Positions 58,987 through 64,000 of a DNA stretch of 64,000 bases are shown here, in pieces; the first letter of the stretch is position 1, and every line of letters starts with the position of its first letter. The DNA is from an uncultured Clostridia bacterium (GTDB lineage: Bacteria; Bacillota; Clostridia; TANB77; CAG-465). Location: positions 68,290-132,289 of the forward strand of contig CAKOYF010000001.1 of NCBI GenBank assembly GCA_934130595.1, in the 5' to 3' direction. The notes beneath the pieces were generated by a model. It saw nothing but the letters and a program-made list of their open reading frames with translations, ran no database searches and had not been told where the DNA came from. The position numbers and the translations under genes were made by a program.

Positions 58987-59427
58987 TTACTTCACCTCAG
59001 TCTTTCCACCTACAGCTTGTATTTTTTCTTCAGCAGTTTTTGAAAATTTATTAGCTACAACAGTAAGTTTTTTAGTTAGAGTTCCGTTTCCTAGAACTTT
59101 AACTCCATCTAATTCATTTTTAATTATACCTTCAGACATTAATAGTTTGCTATCAACAACTGTACCATTGTCGAATTTTTCTAAATCACTTAAGTTAACT
59201 ATTGCGTATTCAGTTGCAAAGTGATTTTTAAATCCTCTTTTAGGAATTCTTCTATATAAAGGTGTTTGTCCACCTTCAAATCCTCTTCTAATGCTACCGC
59301 CTGTTCTAGCTTTTTGACCTTTGTGTCCTTTTCCAGCTGTTTTTCCAAGACCACTTCCAATACCTCTACCTACTCTTTTAGAGGTAGTTGTAGCACCGTA
59401 TGCTGGAGCTAATTCGTGTATCTTCAT
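58987..59427 (-). CDS. rplO: 50S ribosomal protein L15.
   Basis: [30 protein letters not shown]. Confidence 0.95.
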   Translation of the reverse strand: MKIHELAPAYGATTTSKRVGRGIGSGLGKTAGKGHKGQKARTGGSIRRGFEGGQTPLYRRIPKRGFKNHFATEYAIVNLSDLEKFDNGTVVDSKLLMSEGIIKNELDGVKVLGNGTLTKKLTVVANKFSKTAEEKIQAVGGKTEVK

Positions 59428-59472
59428 TCAAGCTTCCTCCTCTCTTATTAATTACTAGTAATCATTATATCA

Positions 59473-59982
59473 TTATTTAAGTATTTCTTCTACTGTTTTT
59501 CCTCTAAGTTTAGCAACTTCTTCTGGTGTTCTCATAGCTTTTAATGCTTTTATTGTTGCATAAACAACATTTCTGCTGTTACGAGAACCAAGAGTTTTAG
59601 CTGTTACGTTTTTAACACCTGCAAGTTCTAGAACTGGTCTTACTGCACCACCTGCAATGATACCTGTACCTTCAACTGCTGGTTTTAATATTACTTTAGA
59701 TGAACCAAAGTTTGTAGTGTACTCATGAGGTAAAGTACCATTTACTAATGATACTTCAACTAAGTTTTTCTTAGCGTCATCAGTAGCTTTTTTGATAGCT
59801 TCTGGAACTTCTGCAGATTTACCTGTACCAACGCCTACGTGACCATTTTCGTCACCAACAACTACTAATACACTAAATCTAAAAGTTCTACCACCTTTAA
59901 CAACTTTAGCTACTCTGCTTACATTAACAACTTTTTCTTTTAATTCAGTTTTAGTTTCTGCCATTTTAGTTTCTCCTTTCAT
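59473..59982 (-). CDS. rpsE: 30S ribosomal protein S5.
   Basis: ..[24 protein letters not shown].. Confidence 0.95.
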   Translation of the reverse strand: MKGETKMAETKTELKEKVVNVSRVAKVVKGGRTFRFSVLVVVGDENGHVGVGTGKSAEVPEAIKKATDDAKKNLVEVSLVNGTLPHEYTTNFGSSKVILKPAVEGTGIIAGGAVRPVLELAGVKNVTAKTLGSRNSRNVVYATIKALKAMRTPEEVAKLRGKTVEEILK

Positions 59983-60341
59983 TAGAATTCTAATCCAGCT
60001 TCTCTAGCTGCATCTGCTAATGCTTTAACTTTTCCATGGTATAAGTAACCATTTCTATCAAAGACAACAGTGTTAATTTTTGCTTTTTTAGCACGTTCTG
60101 CGATTAATTTTCCAACTTCTGTAGCTGCTTCAACGTTAGATGCTTTAGCTTTAACTTCTTTATCTAATGTTGATGCTGAGCAGATAGTAGTTTGTTTTTC
60201 ATCGTCTATTACTTGTGCATATATGTTATTTAGACTTTTGAAAACACAAAGTCTTGGTCTCATAGAAGTACCTTGAACTTTAGTTCTAACTCTTTTTTGT
60301 CTAATAGTTCTTGTAACTTTTCTATCTGTCTTATTTATCAT
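59982..60341 (-). CDS. rplR: 50S ribosomal protein L18.
   Basis: 119 aa. ..[18 protein letters not shown].. Confidence 0.95.
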   Translation of the reverse strand: MINKTDRKVTRTIRQKRVRTKVQGTSMRPRLCVFKSLNNIYAQVIDDEKQTTICSASTLDKEVKAKASNVEAATEVGKLIAERAKKAKINTVVFDRNGYLYHGKVKALADAAREAGLEF

Positions 60342-60369
60342 CTTAAGACTCCCTCCTTAACTTCTAAGA

Positions 60370-60906
60370 TTATTTCTTACCGCCAGCTTTTCCTTCTTTT
60401 CTTATTATTCTTTCGCCAGCGTATTTAATTCCTTTACCTTTATATGGTTCAGGTTGTCTCTTTTCTCTAATATTAGCAGCAACTTGACCAACTAATTGTT
60501 TGTCAATACCTTTTACTACTATTGTATTTGGATTTGGTACATCTATAGTTATTCCTTCTATTTCTTCAATTTCAACAGGATGAGAATAACCTAAAGTTAG
60601 TACTAATTTATTACCTTGTTTTTGTGCTCTATATCCTATTCCGTTTACTTCTAATGTTTTTTCAAAACCATTAGTTACACCTACGATCATGTTATGAATT
60701 AAAGTTCTTGTTAATCCATGAATATTTCCGTGCATTTCATTGTCTATAGTTACTTTAATTTCATTTTCTTCTTGTGCTATATTAACGCAAGGTAAGAATT
60801 CTTGTGTTAAAGTTCCTTTTGGTCCTTTAACTGTAACTGTGTTTCCTTCGATTTTTACTTCAACACCAGCTGGTATTGCTATAGGACTTTTACCTATTCT
60901 TGACAT
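60370..60906 (-). CDS. rplF: 50S ribosomal protein L6.
   Basis: [17 protein letters not shown]. Confidence 0.95.
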   Translation of the reverse strand: MSRIGKSPIAIPAGVEVKIEGNTVTVKGPKGTLTQEFLPCVNIAQEENEIKVTIDNEMHGNIHGLTRTLIHNMIVGVTNGFEKTLEVNGIGYRAQKQGNKLVLTLGYSHPVEIEEIEGITIDVPNPNTIVVKGIDKQLVGQVAANIREKRQPEPYKGKGIKYAGERIIRKEGKAGGKK

Positions 60907-60940
60907 TTGGTATACCCTCCTTTATTTTTTAAATTCTATA

Positions 60941-61333
60941 TTACCAAATATATGCTAAAACTTCGCCACCAACATTTTCTTTTCTAGCAGCTTTATCTGT
61001 CATAATTCCTTTAGATGTAGAAATAATTGCTATACCTAATCCGTTTAAAACTCTAGGTAAGTCTTCTACATTTGCATATATTCTTAGACCTGGTTTACTA
61101 ATTCTTTTTAAACCTTGTAAAACTTTTACATTGTTTTGATATTTTAATGTAATTCTTAAAGTTTTGTGTGAATCTTCAATTATATCTGCTGACTCAACGA
61201 AACCTTCAGATACTAAAATATTTGCTATTGCTTCTTTTTCCTTAGAATAAGGAACGTCAACTGTTGCATGTCTTTGAGCGTTAGCATTTCTTATTCTAGT
61301 TAACATGTCTGCAATTGGATCTGTTGTATTCAT
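60941..61333 (-). CDS. rpsH: 30S ribosomal protein S8.
   Basis: [17 protein letters not shown]. Confidence 0.95.
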   Translation of the reverse strand: MNTTDPIADMLTRIRNANAQRHATVDVPYSKEKEAIANILVSEGFVESADIIEDSHKTLRITLKYQNNVKVLQGLKRISKPGLRIYANVEDLPRVLNGLGIAIISTSKGIMTDKAARKENVGGEVLAYIW

Positions 61334-61352
61334 TGCCTTTATTCCTCCTTTT

Positions 61353-61538
61353 CTACCAGCTTGCTTTTTTTACACCTGGTATATCTCCTTGATATGCTAA
61401 TTTTCTAAAGCATAAACGGCATATTCCATATTTTCTCATGTAAGAATGTGGTCTTCCACATATTTTACATCTGTTATAATATCTTGTGCTAAATTTTGGT
61501 TCTCTTTGTTGTTTAGCTATCATAGATTTTTTTGCCAT
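61353..61538 (-). CDS. rpsZ: 30S ribosomal protein S14 type Z (zinc-binding).
   Basis: 61 aa with the CKICGRPHS...CRLC zinc ribbon. Confidence 0.95.
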   Translation of the reverse strand: MAKKSMIAKQQREPKFSTRYYNRCKICGRPHSYMRKYGICRLCFRKLAYQGDIPGVKKASW

Positions 61539-61550
61539 TTCAAGTCCTCC

Positions 61551-62090
61551 CTACTTTTCAGCGAATGGTAAGCCTAATAATTTTAATAATTCATAAGCTT
61601 CTTCATCTGTTTTTGCAGTTGTTACAAATACGATGTCCATTCCTCTTACTTTATCTATTTTATCATATTCTATTTCAGGGAAAATAATTTGTTCTTTTAC
61701 TCCCATGTTATAGTTTCCTTTTCCATCGAAAGAGTGTGGATTAACTCCTTTAAAATCTCTTACACGTGGAAGTGCTACGTTAAAGAATTTAGTAGCGAAA
61801 TCGTACATTTTTGCATTTCTTAATGTTACTTTGCATCCAATATTCATACCTTCTCTTAATTTGAAAGCAGCTATTGATTTTTTAGCTTTAGTAACGATTG
61901 GTTTTTGTCCAGAAATCATTTCTAGTTCTCCCATAGCTACGTCTAAAGCTTTAGAGTTATCTTTAACTTCTGAAACACCCATGTTTATAACTATTTTATC
62001 TAGCTTTGGTACTTGCATTATTGATTTGTATCCAAATTTTTCCATTAATGCAGGAACAACTTCAGTTGTATATTTTTCTTTAAGGTTCAT
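61551..62090 (-). CDS. rplE: 50S ribosomal protein L5.
   Basis: [21 protein letters not shown]. Confidence 0.95.
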   Translation of the reverse strand: MNLKEKYTTEVVPALMEKFGYKSIMQVPKLDKIVINMGVSEVKDNSKALDVAMGELEMISGQKPIVTKAKKSIAAFKLREGMNIGCKVTLRNAKMYDFATKFFNVALPRVRDFKGVNPHSFDGKGNYNMGVKEQIIFPEIEYDKIDKVRGMDIVFVTTAKTDEEAYELLKLLGLPFAEK

Positions 62091-62108
62091 TAACTTTTTC
62101 CCTCCTTA

Positions 62109-62429
62109 CTACTTCATTTCGTTACAGCATTTGCAAAATCTTGTTTTAGTACCGTCTTCATTAACTTTAACTCCAAGTCTTACACCTTTTTCGCATTTAT
62201 CACAATAAAAGCTTACTTTAGATGCATAAATTGGACTTTCAGATTTAACGATTCCAGATTCTTGACCTTGCTTTCTAGCTTTAACATGTTTTGTTCTAAC
62301 GTTTATATCTTTAACAATTACTTTACCAGATTTTTTATCTATGTCTAGTATTGTTCCTTTTTTTCCTTTTTCAGCTCCTGTATTTACAATTACAGTATCA
62401 CCTTTTTTTAATTTCATTTTTGTTAACAC
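62109..62429 (-). CDS. rplX: 50S ribosomal protein L24.
   Basis: KKGDTVIVNTGAEKGKKG. Unusual C-terminal CDKCEK..CKCC zinc-ribbon-like extension. Confidence 0.9.
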   Translation of the reverse strand: MLTKMKLKKGDTVIVNTGAEKGKKGTILDIDKKSGKVIVKDINVRTKHVKARKQGQESGIVKSESPIYASKVSFYCDKCEKGVRLGVKVNEDGTKTRFCKCCNEMK

Positions 62430-62449
62430 TTTAATTTCACCTCCGTATA

Positions 62450-62818
62450 TTAAAGAACTTCAGGTGCTAGAGATAGTATTTTCATGTATTCACCATCTCT
62501 TAGTTCTCTTGCTACTGGTCCAAAAATACGTGTTCCTCTTGGTGTTTTATCATCTTTGATTAAAACAGCAGCGTTTTCATCAAATCTAATATAAGAACCA
62601 TCTTCACGTCTAAGACCTCTTTTACTTCTAACAATTACAGCTTTAACAACATCGCCTTTTTTAACTCCAGAGTTAGGTGCTGCTTTTTTTACAGATGCAA
62701 CGATAACATCACCAATGTTACCCCATTTTCTGTAAGAACCACCAAGAACTCTAATACACATTAATTCTTTAGCTCCAGTGTTGTCTGCAACTTTTAATAA
62801 TGTTTGTTGTTGTATCAT
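62450..62818 (-). CDS. rplN: 50S ribosomal protein L14.
   Basis: [27 protein letters not shown]. Confidence 0.95.
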   Translation of the reverse strand: MIQQQTLLKVADNTGAKELMCIRVLGGSYRKWGNIGDVIVASVKKAAPNSGVKKGDVVKAVIVRSKRGLRREDGSYIRFDENAAVLIKDDKTPRGTRIFGPVARELRDGEYMKILSLAPEVL

Positions 62819-62847
62819 GGATTAGTCCTCCCTTCAAATATATTTTA

Positions 62848-63123
62848 CTATTTAACTTTTTCCACAATTCTTACAAGTCTATATCTTTTATCTTTACTTA
62901 GTGGTCTAGTTTCCATTACTTCTACAATATCTCCGATATCACATTCGTTGTTTTCGTCATGAACTTTAATTCTTAATGTTTTATTTTTGATTTTGTTGTA
63001 AAGTGGATCTTTAACTTTGTCGTCTATAGCAACAACTATTGTTTTGTCCATTTTATTACTTACAACTTTTCCTTGTTTAGTTTTTCTTAAATTTCTTTCC
63101 ACGTTCTTATCCTCCTTTACCAC
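62848..63123 (-). CDS. rpsQ: 30S ribosomal protein S17.
   Basis: ..[16 protein letters not shown]. Confidence 0.95.
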   Translation of the reverse strand: MVKEDKNVERNLRKTKQGKVVSNKMDKTIVVAIDDKVKDPLYNKIKNKTLRIKVHDENNECDIGDIVEVMETRPLSKDKRYRLVRIVEKVK

Positions 63124-63323
63124 TAATTATTTTCCTTTTCTGCTATTACAGTATTAACTCTAGCTATTTCTTTTTTTACTAAAGTTATTTTCTTAGGGTT
63201 ATCAAGGCCATTTAGAGATTTTTGAAATCTTAATTTAAAAAGTTCGTTTTTAAGTTCTTTCAATTCTTTTTGTAGTTGTTCAACTGACATATTTTTGTAT
63301 TCATTGATTTTACTAGATTTCAT
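63123..63323 (-). CDS. rpmC: 50S ribosomal protein L29.
   Basis: 66 aa. ..[14 protein letters not shown].. Confidence 0.9.
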   Translation of the reverse strand: MKSSKINEYKNMSVEQLQKELKELKNELFKLRFQKSLNGLDNPKKITLVKKEIARVNTVIAEKENN

Positions 63324-63751
63324 TATTGTACTCCTCCTTCTTGATCTTCTCTTTTAACTATTTTACATCTTATTGGAAGTTTGTGAATAGCTTTAGCTAA
63401 AACTTCTTTTGAAGTAGCTTCGTCAAGACCTGAAATTTCAAATAATATTCTTCCTGGTTTAACAGCTGCTACGAAATATTCTGGATTTCCTTTTCCTGAA
63501 CCCATACGAGATTCAGCTGGATGTTTAGTTATAGGTTTATCTGGGAATATTTTAATCCAAGATTTACCAACTTTTTTAGTATATCTAGAAATAGTAACTC
63601 TGACAGATTCTATTTGGTTAGCAGTGATCCAAGCTGGTTCTAAAGCTTGTATTCCGTATTCACCATCTGTAACTTTAGTACCTCTTTGAGCTTTTCCTTT
63701 TAATATACCTTTTTGTACTTTTCTATATTTAGTTCTTTTTGGTGACAACAT
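63323..63751 (-). CDS. rplP: 50S ribosomal protein L16.
   Basis: [15 protein letters not shown]. Confidence 0.95.
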   Translation of the reverse strand: MLSPKRTKYRKVQKGILKGKAQRGTKVTDGEYGIQALEPAWITANQIESVRVTISRYTKKVGKSWIKIFPDKPITKHPAESRMGSGKGNPEYFVAAVKPGRILFEISGLDEATSKEVLAKAIHKLPIRCKIVKREDQEGGVQ

Positions 63752-63753
63752 TT

Positions 63754-64000
63754 TTAGTTACCTCCTTCTTCAGTTTTTTTTGTAGGAAGTACTTCTCCTT
63801 TATATATCCAAACTTTAACACCTATAATACCATAAGTTGTTTTTGCTTCAGCAAATCCATAATCGATATCTGCTCTTAAAGTTTGAAGAGGAATTGTACC
63901 TTCATGATATGATTCTGTTCTAGCAATTTCTGCTCCACCTAAACGTCCAGATACAGCAGTTTTAATTCCTAGTGCTCCAGCTTTCATTGTTTTTTGCATT
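63754..64000 (-). CDS. rpsC: 30S ribosomal protein S3, C-terminal part. Partial: the N-terminus lies beyond the window end.
   Basis: ..[35 protein letters not shown].. Confidence 0.9.
   Translation of the reverse strand, partial: MQKTMKAGALGIKTAVSGRLGGAEIARTESYHEGTIPLQTLRADIDYGFAEAKTTYGIIGVKVWIYKGEVLPTKKTEEGGN

Noticed and set aside
1-64000. A search for transposases, integrases, IS elements, tRNA or rRNA genes.
   Set aside because: No DDE or tyrosine-recombinase-like ORFs, terminal inverted repeats or GC-rich structured-RNA islands were seen. The acquired-looking trpS/GNAT segment has no recognisable mobility gene in this window.

Overview
This window is AT-rich (about 27-30% GC) and comes from an endospore-forming Firmicute, class Clostridia. 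The evidence for that is spo0A, spoIID, a spoIIQ-like M23 gene, spoIIID, yqfC/yqfD, and an alpha/beta-type SASP gene. Almost all genes are on the minus strand.

Gene order along the window:
- a partial polC (Gram-positive replicative polymerase)
- mbl/mreB
- spoIIID, a spoIIQ-like gene and spoIID
- a ~16.5 kb, 14-gene operon (7758..24251) encoding a divergent Tad/archaeal-type (type IVc-like) filament system
- a dacF-like D-Ala-D-Ala carboxypeptidase
- a ~2 kb non-coding region with a tandem array of small transcription units, read here as a multicopy sRNA gene family
- a GT4 glycosyltransferase
- cdd, dgkA, ybeY, yqfD and yqfC
- several membrane or secreted proteins of unknown function
- secDF, pyrH, tsf and rpsB
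- ftsH, tilS, dnaB(dnaC), rplI and gdpP
- spo0A with a sigmaA-type promoter and 0A boxes
- a higher-GC insertion carrying trpS plus a GNAT acetyltransferase
- an M20 peptidase
- a SASP gene
- a HelD-like helicase
- secY and the distal part of the spc/S10 ribosomal-protein operon (rplO through rpsC)

The filament operon contains a CpaB-like protein, two ParA/MinD-like proteins (one with a degenerate P-loop), a TadA/FlaI-type ATPase with an N-terminal membrane anchor, and a fused TadB/C platform. It also carries four small pilins with archaellin-like class-III signal peptides, two larger pilin-like paralogues (one with a LamG-like lectin domain), and three large extracytoplasmic proteins.

Each unit of the small-RNA array has its own promoter and intrinsic terminator.

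Several conserved operons look unusually condensed. frr is missing after pyrH, era after cdd, phoH/yqfF between yqfD and ybeY, hpt between tilS and ftsH, rpmD between rpsE and rplO, and adk..rplQ after secY. This suggests a reduced or rearranged genome.

No rRNA, tRNA, CRISPR array or transposase was recognised. Several minus-strand starts in the supplied ORF track are over-extended TTG or GTG start codons and were trimmed where homology and a ribosome-binding site (RBS) allowed.
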